DNA from: a virus
Direction: 5' to 3' (one strand)
Length of the DNA stretch: 64,000 nucleotides
IMG/VR virus record: IMGVR_UViG_3300046167_000884
Span: 56,009-120,008 of that record
Shown piece after piece: positions 18,072 to 28,957 of this stretch. The notes beneath the pieces are model-generated. The model did no database searches, was not told where the DNA came from, and worked only from the letters and a program-made list of their open reading frames with translations. Numbering within the stretch: the first letter of the stretch is position 1; each line of letters begins with the position of its first letter. The translations under genes were made by a program, and so were the position numbers.

Positions 18072-19325
18072 ATGAAATCACCAGAACAATTACATAAAGA
18101 ATTAACAGAAAAGTTAATTACAGAAAATTATGTAGACTTACATCCCATTTCTACATTTGAAGCAACTCCAAAACAAGATTTTGAAACTAAGTTTGCTCAA
18201 TTCTTAGCAGAGAAAAAAGGGGAGGAATTAAAACCTATTGTTAATACAGACGAATCAATTAATACTCTAAAAGATTCAGAAGGAATATCAGCAGATTCTA
18301 AGGCTAAATTTGAAGGTAAAGGATTTCAAGCTTCCTATAAAGTAGATAAAACTTTAGAAAATATTGATTCTCATAATTATGATTACAATACTACCTTAGA
18401 AAATATTAATAATGTTAATGGTGAAGAATTATTAAAAGGTGTTCAATTAGAAACTAGTTATAATAGTGAATTAACTTTAGACGAAGCTAAAGAACTTGTA
18501 ATTAAAAACCTAGCTAAAGATCCTTTACATTATGTAAAGGAAGGTCAATTTGGTATTAAAGGCTTAGGATATACAGAAGCTAAAACACAAAAAGCAGATG
18601 GTAAACATGCTGCTAGTGGTTATAGTGAAAAACTAAAAGATAGCGATAACACATTTGACTTAGTAAAAGAAAGTATAGGTGGTGTAGTTACAACAGGACA
18701 CAACCCTTGGACAATAATTGCAGATGAAATTCTTCATGAAGAAGAAGAAGAAAAAAAATTACCAATGGATGAAGGAGATGCTGAAGACGCTAGGCAAGAA
18801 GCTATAGATGCTTCAAATGAAAGTGCGGGTGTTGAAGAAGATAAAAGACCAGATTATCCAGACGTAGATGGAGATGGTGATACTAAAGAACCAATGGAAA
18901 AAGCACTTAAAGACAAGAAAAGCAAAAAGATGAAAAAAGAATCAATTGATAGTAAATTAGCTGAAATAGGAAAAGCAGGTGATGTTACAAAATTAGAAGC
19001 TCAACTAGAATTTTTAACTAACCATATTGATGAAAAAATTCAAAGAGTAAGTTCAATTAATGAAGATGATAATCTTAAAGAATTAATTGATAAAAAGAAA
19101 ATGAAAGACATGCAAAAAGAAATTAAGCTTTTAGAAAAAAGAAAAGCTGGAATGGAAAAAATGTATGAAAAAATGTGTGGTAAAAAATACCAAAAAGAAG
19201 AAATTGTAGATGAAGCAGATGAAGTAAGTTGGAATGAAAAAAACAACCCAACACGTGGAGCTGCTGGTGAAAGAGACCCAAAACAAGTAGGACAATCAGT
19301 TTCTGATTATGCTATAAATAAATAA
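18072..19325 (+). CDS. Acidic head-associated protein, putative prohead core/internal protein
   Basis: Many xxE sites (ITE, VKE, LHE, INE, VDE); DVDGDGD motif; immediately upstream of the protease. Confidence 0.55.
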   Translation: MKSPEQLHKELTEKLITENYVDLHPISTFEATPKQDFETKFAQFLAEKKGEELKPIVNTDESINTLKDSEGISADSKAKFEGKGFQASYKVDKTLENIDSHNYDYNTTLENINNVNGEELLKGVQLETSYNSELTLDEAKELVIKNLAKDPLHYVKEGQFGIKGLGYTEAKTQKADGKHAASGYSEKLKDSDNTFDLVKESIGGVVTTGHNPWTIIADEILHEEEEEKKLPMDEGDAEDARQEAIDASNESAGVEEDKRPDYPDVDGDGDTKEPMEKALKDKKSKKMKKESIDSKLAEIGKAGDVTKLEAQLEFLTNHIDEKIQRVSSINEDDNLKELIDKKKMKDMQKEIKLLEKRKAGMEKMYEKMCGKKYQKEEIVDEADEVSWNEKNNPTRGAAGERDPKQVGQSVSDYAINK

Positions 19326-19329
19326 AATT

Positions 19330-19938
19330 ATGGGTAAAACACTCTTAATAGAAACTAATACCTTTAAATTATCATCACCTTTATTAACTGAAAATGTTAA
19401 TAAGGATAATGGTAATGTTTTAGTTGAGGGTATTTTAGCTACAGCTGAAGTAAAAAATGGTAATGGTCGTTACTATTCAAAAGAATTATGGCAACGCGAA
19501 ATGGATAAATATAATGAGCTTATTGAACAAAGACGCTCAATGGGAGAATTAGACCACCCAGAATCCACTGTTGTAAATTTAAAAAATGTTTCTCATATTA
19601 TAAATGAATACTGGTGGGATGGAGACCAAGTAATGGGTAAAATTGAAATATTACCTACCCCATCGGGTAACATACTTAAAGAACTTATTAAAAATGGGTG
19701 TACTGTAGGAGTATCATCTAGAGGTATGGGTTCATTAGAACAAAGGGGTGAAATAATGGAAGTACAAGATGACTTTGAATTATTATGTTGGGATTTTGTT
19801 TCAACTCCTTCAAACCCTGGTTCTTATATGCATGAAATTCTTAAAGAAGGTAAAGAAAATTACACTTACGATTATACAAATGTTAATAAATTAATACATG
19901 AAATTCTTTGTTCAAAAGGATCATGTCCTATAACTTAA
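19330..19938 (+). CDS. Prohead protease (T4 gp21-like)
   Basis: NGNGRYY, MGELDHP, VGVSSRGMGS, WDFVSTPS. Confidence 0.93.
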   Translation: MGKTLLIETNTFKLSSPLLTENVNKDNGNVLVEGILATAEVKNGNGRYYSKELWQREMDKYNELIEQRRSMGELDHPESTVVNLKNVSHIINEYWWDGDQVMGKIEILPTPSGNILKELIKNGCTVGVSSRGMGSLEQRGEIMEVQDDFELLCWDFVSTPSNPGSYMHEILKEGKENYTYDYTNVNKLIHEILCSKGSCPIT

Positions 19939-19966
19939 CCTCTCTATAGATAACCTTTATAGACCT

Positions 19967-19989
19967 AAGCCCTCTTTTTGAGGGCTTTT
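19967..19989 (+). terminator. Rho-independent terminator
   Basis: AAGCCCTC-TTTTT-GAGGGCTT then TT. Confidence 0.75.
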
Positions 19990-20116
19990 ATATTTTAATA
20001 TCTCTCCATATACGTATAATCGCAATGTGTCATGAGTACCTAGATATGACACCAATATATATTATTCCCTATTACGATTCTTAATAATCGTATTTCACAA
20101 AAAAAATTTTGAGATT

Positions 20117-21274
20117 ATGGCAAACAATGATTTGTTAAAAGAAGCAATTGCCGATGCTAAAGCTGTTAAAGAAACTGCTATTGCAAACGCAAAACTTGCT
20201 CTTGAAGAAGCATTCACACCACATTTGAAATCTATGCTTTCAGCAAAATTAGAAGAAATGGACAAAGAAGACGTTGACGAAGGATACGACGAAGACGTTA
20301 AAGAAGAAATGGATTCTAAAGATGACATGAAAGAAGGAGAAGATGAAGTGTATGAAGAAAAAGAAGAGCTTGATGAAATTGACCTTGACGAACTACTTGC
20401 TGAACTTGAATTGGATGAAGACAAACGTACAGATGCTGAACAAGAAGGCTATAAGGACGGATTCGAAGACGCTAAAGACGACATCGAAAAAGAACTTAAA
20501 TCTATGAAAGTATCAGAAGCAAAAGACGAAGATGAAAAAGTTGACGAAGCTAAAAAAGGCGACGACAAGGATGACATTAAGGAAGATGCTAGAACTGATG
20601 CTGAAGAAGAAGGCTACCTTGACGGTATGAAAGACGAAAAAGAAGACGAAGAAGACAAAATCGACGATGAAGAAATTGATCTAGAAGATATGTCAGAAGA
20701 CGACTTAAAAGGATTCATTGAGGATGTTATTAAAGATTTAGTAACAGACGGAACAATTGAAGCTGGCGAAGATTTTGAAGAGGAAGATGTTGAAGACGAA
20801 GTTGAAGTTGAAGACGATGTAGAAGTTGATGTAGAAATCGACGAAGCAGTTGACGGCGAAAAAGGTGTTGGAAACGAAGATGGAGACAAAGATGACTCCA
20901 AAGTTGAGAAAGAAACTGAAAAAATGAGATTTAAAGAAGCCTTAGATGAAATCGAAGCTCTTAAAGTTGAATTACAAGAAGTTAATTTACTTAATGCTAA
21001 GTTACTTTACACAAACAAAGTATTCAAATCTAAAAACTTAACTGAAGACAAAAAAGTTAGAGTGCTTAAAGCATTTGATAAAGCGTCAACAGTAAAAGAA
21101 GCTAAAGTTATTTTTGATACATTAAACGAAGGTTTAGTGTCTAAAACAGCTGCTCCTGCAAGACCAAAAGGTAGTGCATCTAAAGCAACTGGTGCAATAA
21201 CTGAAGCTAAAAAACCTATTATTGAAAGCAATGATGTATACAACCGTATGCGTAAACTTGCTGGATTAATTTAA
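20117..21274 (+). CDS. Prohead core scaffold protein (T4 gp22-like)
   Basis: Very acidic coiled-coil protein between protease and capsid; ends RMRKLAGLI. Confidence 0.85.
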   Translation: MANNDLLKEAIADAKAVKETAIANAKLALEEAFTPHLKSMLSAKLEEMDKEDVDEGYDEDVKEEMDSKDDMKEGEDEVYEEKEELDEIDLDELLAELELDEDKRTDAEQEGYKDGFEDAKDDIEKELKSMKVSEAKDEDEKVDEAKKGDDKDDIKEDARTDAEEEGYLDGMKDEKEDEEDKIDDEEIDLEDMSEDDLKGFIEDVIKDLVTDGTIEAGEDFEEEDVEDEVEVEDDVEVDVEIDEAVDGEKGVGNEDGDKDDSKVEKETEKMRFKEALDEIEALKVELQEVNLLNAKLLYTNKVFKSKNLTEDKKVRVLKAFDKASTVKEAKVIFDTLNEGLVSKTAAPARPKGSASKATGAITEAKKPIIESNDVYNRMRKLAGLI

Positions 21275-21309
21275 AAAAACAAATTTTAACCCTATTAAAA
21301 CCTAAAAAA

Positions 21310-22941
21310 ATGAGCTTAAATACTCTTTTAGAAAGTGCGAACCCATATCACTCAATGCAGAGTGACGCAGCCAAATTGGCATCAAAATGGGAAAAAACAG
21401 GTTTACTAGAAGGCCTTCAAGGAGCAAATAAATCCAACATGGGTATTATTCTTGAAAACCAAGCTAAACAACTTGTAGTAGAAGAATCTAACACTGGCGG
21501 TGGTGCTGGAGCTGGTCAATTTCAGGCTGGTACTGGTGCACAATGGGCTGGAGTAGCTTTACCATTGGTAAGAAAAGTATTTGGTCAGATTGCAGCGAAA
21601 GAATTCGTTAGCGTTCAGCCAATGAACTTACCTTCTGGTCTTGTATTCTACCTAGATTTCCAATATGGAACAGGAAAAACCCCATTTACAGCAACTGAAT
21701 CTCTATATGGAGATGCAGGAACTGACCCTTCAACTTCTCCTTTCGGGAACACTAATTCAGGTGGCCTTTATGGACAAGGAAGATATGGATATTCTATTAA
21801 CACAACAGCATCTGCTGTAGCTACAGTAACAACTGCTTCAGCTGATAGATCTGATGTTAATTTTAATTCATTATTCACAGCTTCTTTAGCTGCTGGAGAT
21901 ATTAAAGTATGTCCAATTCCACTTGCTTCTCTTGATGCAAATTACGACCCAGAAGCAATTAGAAGTTTCTACTTAGAAGGTGCAAATGCTCCTACAGTAG
22001 CACAACAATACCCACAATTTACTAAAATTGTAGGTACAGATCTTCAGTTAATAGTAGATGCAGATTCATTTGATCCTGCTGCTGCAACTTCAATTTCTTA
22101 TTCACTAAAAACATTAGATTATGAAAGAGGTGATTTTGAAGATGGAAATAATAACCTAAATGGTAATAACTCTCCAATTTCAATTCCTGAAATTAACGTA
22201 CAGATGCAATCATCTGCTATTGTAGCTAAAACTCGTAAGTTAAAAGCTGTATGGACTCCTGAGTTCGCACAAGACTTGAATGCTTACCACGCTTTAGATG
22301 CTGAAGCAGAATTGACTTCTATCTTAAGTGAGTACATTTCATTAGAAATTGACATGGAAATCTTAGACATGCTACAAGAATCTGCTGCTGCAGGTACTGA
22401 AGTATGGTCAGCTGTAAACAACCAAGCTATTGTAGATAATGGTACTAATGGTACATTCTCAGATCTAGGATTTTACAACAGCCAAGGACAATGGTTCCAA
22501 ACACTTGGAACTAAAATCCAAAAATTAAGTAACGCTATCCACCAGAAAACTCTACGTGGTGGTGCTAACTTTATGGTAATTTCTCCAACAATTGGTACTA
22601 TCTTGGAATCAATTCCTGGATACGCTGCTGATGCTGATGGAGACGTGTCTAAATCTACTTATGCCTTTGGTGTACAAAAAGTAGGTGCATTTAACGGAAG
22701 AATGAAAGTATACAAAAATCCTTACCAAACTGAAAACCAAATCCTATTAGGGTTTAGAGGTGCTCAGTTCTTGGAAACAGGTGCTGTATTTGCTCCATAC
22801 ATTCCATTAATCATGACTCCACTTATCTACGATCCATCTACCTTCACACCACGTAAAGGATTGATGACTCGTTACGCTAAGAAAATGGTACGTCCTGAAT
22901 TCTACGGATTGATTAAAGTATCTGGTTTAGAGACTCTATAG
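21310..22941 (+). CDS. Major capsid protein (T4 gp23-like)
   Basis: ALPLVRKVFG, VQPMNLPSGLVFYLDF, AKTRKLKAVWTPEFAQDL, APYIPL, PRKGLMTRYA. Confidence 0.96.
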   Translation: MSLNTLLESANPYHSMQSDAAKLASKWEKTGLLEGLQGANKSNMGIILENQAKQLVVEESNTGGGAGAGQFQAGTGAQWAGVALPLVRKVFGQIAAKEFVSVQPMNLPSGLVFYLDFQYGTGKTPFTATESLYGDAGTDPSTSPFGNTNSGGLYGQGRYGYSINTTASAVATVTTASADRSDVNFNSLFTASLAAGDIKVCPIPLASLDANYDPEAIRSFYLEGANAPTVAQQYPQFTKIVGTDLQLIVDADSFDPAAATSISYSLKTLDYERGDFEDGNNNLNGNNSPISIPEINVQMQSSAIVAKTRKLKAVWTPEFAQDLNAYHALDAEAELTSILSEYISLEIDMEILDMLQESAAAGTEVWSAVNNQAIVDNGTNGTFSDLGFYNSQGQWFQTLGTKIQKLSNAIHQKTLRGGANFMVISPTIGTILESIPGYAADADGDVSKSTYAFGVQKVGAFNGRMKVYKNPYQTENQILLGFRGAQFLETGAVFAPYIPLIMTPLIYDPSTFTPRKGLMTRYAKKMVRPEFYGLIKVSGLETL

Positions 22942-22969
22942 TAAGAGCTTAATCAATATCCAATAAATT

Positions 22970-22996
22970 AACCCGGTCTTTGACCGGGTTTTTTTT
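22970..22996 (+). terminator. Rho-independent terminator after capsid gene
   Basis: AACCCGGTC-TTT-GACCGGGTT plus T-run. Confidence 0.88.
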
Positions 22997-23136
22997 ATTT
23001 TTCATATGTATAATAAAATGCGTTATATCAAAACTATATTTATCTCATTATATAGCTATATTAAAATTCCCACGTATATTAACGTATTTACTCCGGTTTT
23101 ATTCAATTTATGTATAATCCCTAATTTCAAGAATTT

Positions 23137-23874
23137 ATGGCAAGTAAACCCCATACGGATGATGTATATCGTCCTAAGAGAATTCCTAAAAACCCAATTA
23201 AGTTCAAACTCCAACTTAATGAAGAACAAAAAGACGCTAAAAAACACATCCTGGAAAATACAATCACTCTCTTGGGAGGGGGTGCAGGTAGTGGAAAAAC
23301 ATTACTTGCATGTAATGTTGCCCTAGATGGTCTGTTACGAAGACAATATGATAAAATTATAATTACCCGGCCTACAGTATCAAAGGAAGAAATAGGGTTT
23401 TTACCTGGTGATTTAAGAGAAAAGATGGATCCCTGGGTTCAACCTATTTATCAAAATTTCTTTGCATTATATGATAAATCTAAAATTGAAAAATTAATTA
23501 GTGATGGTAAAATAGAAATTGTACCTGTGTCATTTATGAGAGGTAGAACATTTATGGATTCAATGATTATAGTTGATGAAGCTCAAAATGTCACTCATGA
23601 ACAAATGGAAATGATTACTTCACGTATAGGTTTAAGAAGTAAAATGATGATATGTGGTGATGCCCACCAAACAGATTTAAAAAAGAAATCAGATTCTGGT
23701 TTTAAATTTTTATATACAGCGGCAAGAAAAATTAAAAATTTAGAAGCTATTACATTAATCACTAATCATAGAAATGAAATTGTTGAAGATTTATTAAATT
23801 ATTATAATGAAGCTGTTGATAAGGGAGCAAGTATTACTGTTTCTGGTTCATATATTTATAATAATAAAAGCTAA
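23137..23874 (+). CDS. phoH: PhoH-like protein
   Basis: GGAGSGKT, IIITRP, GFLPGDLREKMDPW, FMRGRTF, VDEAQN. Confidence 0.95.
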   Translation: MASKPHTDDVYRPKRIPKNPIKFKLQLNEEQKDAKKHILENTITLLGGGAGSGKTLLACNVALDGLLRRQYDKIIITRPTVSKEEIGFLPGDLREKMDPWVQPIYQNFFALYDKSKIEKLISDGKIEIVPVSFMRGRTFMDSMIIVDEAQNVTHEQMEMITSRIGLRSKMMICGDAHQTDLKKKSDSGFKFLYTAARKIKNLEAITLITNHRNEIVEDLLNYYNEAVDKGASITVSGSYIYNNKS

Positions 23875-23900
23875 TATCATATTTATAACAAAATTACAAA

Positions 23901-24443
23901 ATGGCAAAATGTGTAACTAGTGGATCTTTAAAAGTCCTTATACAAGAAAGTATAACTTTACCTAATAAAAACGAAGAAGTTTGTATTAATGAAGTTACAA
24001 TACCTGGCATAAACCAAACTGTAAGAAGAGTAGATACAATTTCAACTACATTTAGTAGCAGTGGAATTGAAATCTTAAGGTTTGTAGATTCCGAAGAACA
24101 ACAAACAGCAGGATCTTTTGTAAGAGATACAGTTAAATATATGAGGTTTACTAATTTATGTACAAAACATTATTGTTCCCTTTATTTGATACAAGATAGT
24201 CCGGATGCTCAAAACCCAAATACAACTGATTTTGGTTCGGGTGATGATGGTTTATTTAAACTAGACCCAGGTAAATCAATGGTGTTTTCTAATGGGCAAT
24301 TTGATAGTAACAATTACTATGATTATGTTGTAGAAGGATATGTTGATGAGCAATACATTGGTGGTTTTGCTTCTTTATCTTTAATAAAAGCAAAGGCAGA
24401 TACTGAAGATGTTCAAATAGAATATTTTGTAGCTTCTTCTTAA
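23901..24443 (+). CDS. Hypothetical, probably virion protein
   Basis: ATATTTATAA at 23852 and 23879; beta-rich. Confidence 0.6.
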   Translation: MAKCVTSGSLKVLIQESITLPNKNEEVCINEVTIPGINQTVRRVDTISTTFSSSGIEILRFVDSEEQQTAGSFVRDTVKYMRFTNLCTKHYCSLYLIQDSPDAQNPNTTDFGSGDDGLFKLDPGKSMVFSNGQFDSNNYYDYVVEGYVDEQYIGGFASLSLIKAKADTEDVQIEYFVASS

Positions 24444-24474
24444 TATTTATAATAAAATTAAATTAAAATAAAAA

Positions 24475-25053
24475 ATGGCATTAACTTATAGATCAGTAAA
24501 AGGTTCAGCATTAACAATAACTGAATTAGATGATAATTTTAGACACTTTACTTCATCCCATTCCATAACGGCCTCTGCGGAACCTGTTATAATTTCAGGT
24601 TCTAGTGTTAATAACATAGTCTTAGAAACAACTGGTTCAGTAGGGATAACTGGAAGTTTAATAGTAGATGGTAATTTATTAATTACTGGAAGCATTATAC
24701 CATCAGGTTCAGGAGTATTTAATTTAGGTAATCCTGATAATTACTTTGGAGAAATATTTGTTGGGCAAAATTCAATTGTATTTGTAAGTGGTTCAACTAC
24801 CAGTTCATTTGGTATCGACCCTTCAGGATCTTTATCAGGTTCATTCGATGGTGTTCTTACTGGTTCAATATCTGGTTCATTTACAGGATCTGCTGATGTA
24901 ACAGGCTCATTATCTGGTTCATTTTCTGGATCAATTGATGGAACAGATTTTTATTTATATAATCTCCCAACTTCAGAACCAGCAGAACCTGGAAGGTTAT
25001 GGTTAAGTGGTAGTGCCGCAGGCAATTCTAAATATTTAGTGGTAAGAAATTAA
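24475..25053 (+). CDS. S/G/T-rich fibre- or collar-like virion protein
   Basis: MALTYRSVKGSALTITELDDNF start; repeated TGS/SGS beta-helix-like motifs; motif at 24443. Confidence 0.55.
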   Translation: MALTYRSVKGSALTITELDDNFRHFTSSHSITASAEPVIISGSSVNNIVLETTGSVGITGSLIVDGNLLITGSIIPSGSGVFNLGNPDNYFGEIFVGQNSIVFVSGSTTSSFGIDPSGSLSGSFDGVLTGSISGSFTGSADVTGSLSGSFSGSIDGTDFYLYNLPTSEPAEPGRLWLSGSAAGNSKYLVVRN

Positions 25054-25077
25054 ATTAATACTTTACATAAAAAATTT

Positions 25078-25104
25078 AAGGGCTCATATTGAGTCCTTTT
25101 TTTT
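25078..25104 (+). terminator. Rho-independent terminator
   Basis: AAGGGCTCA-TAT-TGAGTCCTT plus T-run. Confidence 0.75.
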
Positions 25105-25128
25105 CATATTTATAACAAAACATAAATT

Positions 25129-26283
25129 ATGAATGTACCTATTTGGCCTGGTTCAAGTTCATTCGCACCCGGAGAAACACCTTTTGGCTTTTATGATAAC
25201 GATCCTGAATTTAGAAGGGACGCAGATAAAGTAGCTGTTTTTTGTGCTAATAGAATGGGTTACCCCTTAGTTGATATTGAATTACAATCTGGATCTTTCT
25301 ATACAGCATTTGAAGAAGCGGTAACTATTTATGGTAATGAAATTTGGGCATATATAGTTAGAGATAATTTCTTAGATTTAGAAGGAATTTCTATATTTGA
25401 TGAGTTAAATGAAACTATCATAACTCCTAGTATGAAAACCATAGTTAAATTAACCCAACAGTATGCAGATGAAGCAGGTGTAGGAGGTACAATCCCATGG
25501 TATTCAGGTTCATTTGATCTTGTAGCAAACCAACAAAATTACAGCTTTGAAAATTTTATGACAGCTAGTGGATTTACCGGTTCTGCTTATTCAGAAGGTA
25601 TTGAAGTAAAAAGAGTATTTTTTCAAGAACCTGTTCCTGCTTCCGCTCAATATTTAGATCCTTATACCGGATTTGGATTTGGTGGTTCTATTGCAGCTGG
25701 GTTAGTTGGTGTTGGAGGATTTGGTGGTGATATGGGTTATTTAATGATGCCTCTTAGCTATGATATGCAAGTAATTCAATCCATCGAAATGAATGAAATG
25801 GTTAGATGGGCAGATTATAGTTTTGAAATTCATGCTAATGAACTTAAAGTATTCCCTAGACCTAAAAAAACAGAAGGCAAAATCTGGTTTCAGTATATTT
25901 TTGAAAAAGATAGAGGGGGAGTAAAATGTGCTGCTGATCAAGTTAATAATGTTGGTAATGCTAATTTTAAAAACCCTAATTATTCATTAATTAATTCAAT
26001 TGGTAGACAATGGATATTTGAAATGACTTTAGCTATCGCTAAAGAAATGTTGGGGTATGTTAGAGGTAAATATTCAAGTATACCAATTCCAAATGCTGAA
26101 GTTAATTTAAATCAACAAGATTTATTAGCAGCGGCAACAGCAGAAAAAACAGCATTAATAGAAAGATTAAGAGCTTATCTTGATGAAACTTCTAGAAAAG
26201 CCCTATTAGAAAGAAAAGCACAAGAAGCAGAATCTAAAATGGTAGAATTACAACAAGTCCCTTGGACAATTTTTATAGGATAA
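25129..26283 (+). CDS. Neck/head-completion protein (T4 gp13-like)
   Basis: RMGYPLVDIEL; AIAKEMLGYVRGKYSSIPIP...LNQQDL; position between head and tail genes. Confidence 0.75.
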   Translation: MNVPIWPGSSSFAPGETPFGFYDNDPEFRRDADKVAVFCANRMGYPLVDIELQSGSFYTAFEEAVTIYGNEIWAYIVRDNFLDLEGISIFDELNETIITPSMKTIVKLTQQYADEAGVGGTIPWYSGSFDLVANQQNYSFENFMTASGFTGSAYSEGIEVKRVFFQEPVPASAQYLDPYTGFGFGGSIAAGLVGVGGFGGDMGYLMMPLSYDMQVIQSIEMNEMVRWADYSFEIHANELKVFPRPKKTEGKIWFQYIFEKDRGGVKCAADQVNNVGNANFKNPNYSLINSIGRQWIFEMTLAIAKEMLGYVRGKYSSIPIPNAEVNLNQQDLLAAATAEKTALIERLRAYLDETSRKALLERKAQEAESKMVELQQVPWTIFIG

Positions 26284-26284
26284 T

Positions 26285-26800
26285 ATGGCAATGTTTACAG
26301 GACAGAGAGATGTCTCTCTGGTAAGAAAATTAAATAGAGAATTGATGGGTAATATTATTACCCAACAATGTGCTTTATACCAATTTAAATTAGAAGAAAC
26401 TAAAGTTAATATATATGGTGAAGCTGCTGGTGCTAAATTTTATAATGGTCCTTTCTTATTTAATGTATTAATAAATAGATCAAATGAGGTGTTTGGTGAA
26501 GACGAAGAAGGAATTCAGTTTAATCAACCAATTGATTTTTATTTCTTTAGAGACGATTTAGTAGATGCCGATGTGGTACCTGAAGTTGGTGATATAATTT
26601 TATATCAAGAAGGATATTATGGAGTACAAAGTACAGTAGCAAACCAATATTTTGGAGGCAAAAACCCAGATTACCCAAATAATATAAATCCATTAAATCC
26701 TGGGTTAGAATATTTTGGAAATAATTTATCAATATTAGTATCAACATATTATATACCAGCGGATAAAGTAGCAATTTCTCCATATCAAGAAAGAATGTAA
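26285..26800 (+). CDS. Neck/head-closure protein (T4 gp14-like)
   Basis: NIYGEA, PEVGDIILY; synteny. Confidence 0.65.
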   Translation: MAMFTGQRDVSLVRKLNRELMGNIITQQCALYQFKLEETKVNIYGEAAGAKFYNGPFLFNVLINRSNEVFGEDEEGIQFNQPIDFYFFRDDLVDADVVPEVGDIILYQEGYYGVQSTVANQYFGGKNPDYPNNINPLNPGLEYFGNNLSILVSTYYIPADKVAISPYQERM

Positions 26801-27724
26801 TGAGTAAAATTAGAAAACCAATTCCCAAAACCCAAAGACAATTAAGTGTTGAACAACAAAAGGCGTTTGATACTGAAAGAGGTAATCCTAATGCTCGTAT
26901 TAACCCTAATGAATCGGAAACCGGAATTGATTTTAATAGATCAACTAAATTAAGTTTTAAAGATGATAGCACTAAACCCTTTTCTATTGGTCTTCAAGAT
27001 TTAGATGAGGCTGTATTTTATTATTTTAAAGAAGTTATTAAACCCTTTGTATATCAAAATGGGGGGAAGAAGAAATGTACCTATAATTTATGGGTCCCCT
27101 GAAAGATGGAAATCATTCCAAAGAGATGGCTATTACAGGGATAAAAAAGGTGCTATAATGTTACCCATTATAGTTGTAAAAAGGAACACAATATCAAAAG
27201 ATAGATCTGTTTATAATAAATTAGATGCTAATGGAGTAAACTTATATAGCTCATTCCAGAAAAAATATAGCCCTAATAACTTTTATAATAATTTTTCAGT
27301 TTTAAATAATAAAAAACCAGTAAAAGAACATTATGCTGTAGCTGTTCCTGATTTTGTTACCCTAGAATATAGTTGTATCATTCAAACATATTACATGGAA
27401 CAGTTAAATAAAATTATTGAAGCTTGTGAATATGCCTCTGATGCTTATTGGGGTAACCCTGAAAGATTTAAATTTAGGGCTTTCATAGATCAGTTTACAA
27501 CAGCAACCGAATTAACATCTGGTAAAGATAGATTAGTAAAAGGTACCTTTAATATACAATTAAGAGGTTATATTATACCTGATACTATTCAGAAAGAAAT
27601 GAATTCAATTAACAAATGGAATAGCAAATCTAAGGTTACAATTAATTTTGAAACCACTAGTAATGTTGATACATTTAAACCGGGAATTAAAACTTTTCCT
27701 GGTGGGCAAACTAGAGAAGAATAG
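26800..27724 (+). CDS. Tail terminator/sheath stabiliser (T4 gp15-like), extra G near 27061
   Basis: ORF 26800 and ORF 27005 join across the G6 run; VPIIYGSPERW. Confidence 0.65.
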
Positions 27725-27756
27725 TTTGGATTAGTTAAATTGGTTACATACATTAT
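27725..27756 (+). promoter_or_regulatory. Bacteroidota sigma70-type promoter heading the sugar/sulfur island
   Basis: TTTG-N20-TACATTAT. Confidence 0.55.
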
Positions 27757-27776
27757 GGTTACAAAAATAACGTTAT

Positions 27777-28236
27777 ATGATATATTGGTTTACAGGTCAG
27801 CCTTGCTCTGGGAAGACTGTTTTAGCAAACATGCTTAAAGAAAAGTATCTCCCTCATGCGTATCGCATTGATGGAGATGAAATGAGAGAATTATTTACAA
27901 ATAAAGATTATTCTATAAAAGGTAGAATAACTAATGTAGATGCTGCTCAAAAAATTGCCCATTATTTACACAATCAAGGTAAAGATGTAATTGTATCTTT
28001 AGTATCTCCTTATTTAGACCAAAGAGAAGAATTTAAGGATATAATGGAGTGGCAATTACATGAAATCTTTGTACATTATGACCTAGATAAAGGACTTAGG
28101 GGTAGAGAAAATTACCATGTTGCACAATTCCAAAAACCAGATTTAGATTACAGTTGATATAGATACAACAACACATACCCCAGAAGAATCTCTAGAAATA
28201 ATAGCTAAACAAATAGGTTTACATGCAAAAATTTAA
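27777..28236 (+). CDS. cysC: Adenylyl-sulfate (APS) kinase-like protein, extra base near 28152
   Basis: YWFTGQPCSGKT, IDGDEMR, VIVSLVSPY. The +1 frame continues VDIDTTTHTPEESLEII...* to 28236. Confidence 0.75.
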
Positions 28237-28561
28237 TACATACTTTTGTGATATAGATGGAACTATTTTAAAATATCGCAAATTTGAAACATACGAATCT
28301 TCTAAAGCTGAGGGGATAAAATCCACTATAGAATATCTAGACAAAGCTTCAGTTGAGGGACATATGATAGTTTTAACTACAGCACGTCCTGAGTACCTTA
28401 GGATGCATACTGAAATAGAATTATATGAAAATGAAGTACCATATCACAGATTAATTATGGGTATCGAAAGAGGACCTCGTTATTTAATCAATGATATGGA
28501 TCCAAATAAACCTGGAGAACGGGCTATTGCAATAAATTTAGAAAGAGATAAAGGTATATGA
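28223..28561 (+). CDS. HAD-superfamily phosphatase-like protein
   Basis: FCDIDGTI, VLTTARP, LINDM. Confidence 0.75.
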   Translation: MQKFNTYFCDIDGTILKYRKFETYESSKAEGIKSTIEYLDKASVEGHMIVLTTARPEYLRMHTEIELYENEVPYHRLIMGIERGPRYLINDMDPNKPGERAIAINLERDKGI

Positions 28562-28957
28562 AAAAGTATTTAGCACAAGCAGCATTTCAGTCATCATTTA
28601 ATAAGAATAAGTACTCAATGTATATTGGTAGATGGCAACCATGGCACGCAGGACATCGATGGTTAATAGACCAGCGCTTAAATGAAGGTAAAAACGTATG
28701 GATAGCAATTAGAGATATCCCACCAGATGAAAAAAACCCCTGGACAGGCCCAAGAGGTATTAGTTAACTTGGGGCATGAATTAAAAGATCTTCTTAATGA
28801 AGGTAGAGTAAAAATTACAATAGTACCAGATATTGAATCAATTAATATAGGTAGAGGGGTAGGATATGATGTTATAGAACACTGCCCACCTGAGGAAGTA
28901 AAAAATATCTCTGCTACTAAAATTAGAGAACAAATGAAAAAAGATGGTAAGTTATAA
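28558..28957 (+). CDS. HxGH nucleotidyltransferase (cytidylyl/adenylyltransferase family), extra G near 28746
   Basis: IGRWQPWHAGH and ISATKIR; ORFs 28558 and 28727 join. Confidence 0.75.

Noticed and set aside
23006-23326. + strand ORFs 23006, 23056, 55652, 58810 and 61519
   Set aside because: They overlap well-supported genes in other frames or AT-rich intergenic DNA and show no protein-like features.
23137-23874. PhoH as a novel auxiliary gene
   Set aside because: Common and well described in large aquatic phages.
24780-24935. TGS/SGS tandem-like repeats as a DNA repeat element
   Set aside because: Explained by the low-complexity protein repeat of a fibre-like protein; codons vary.
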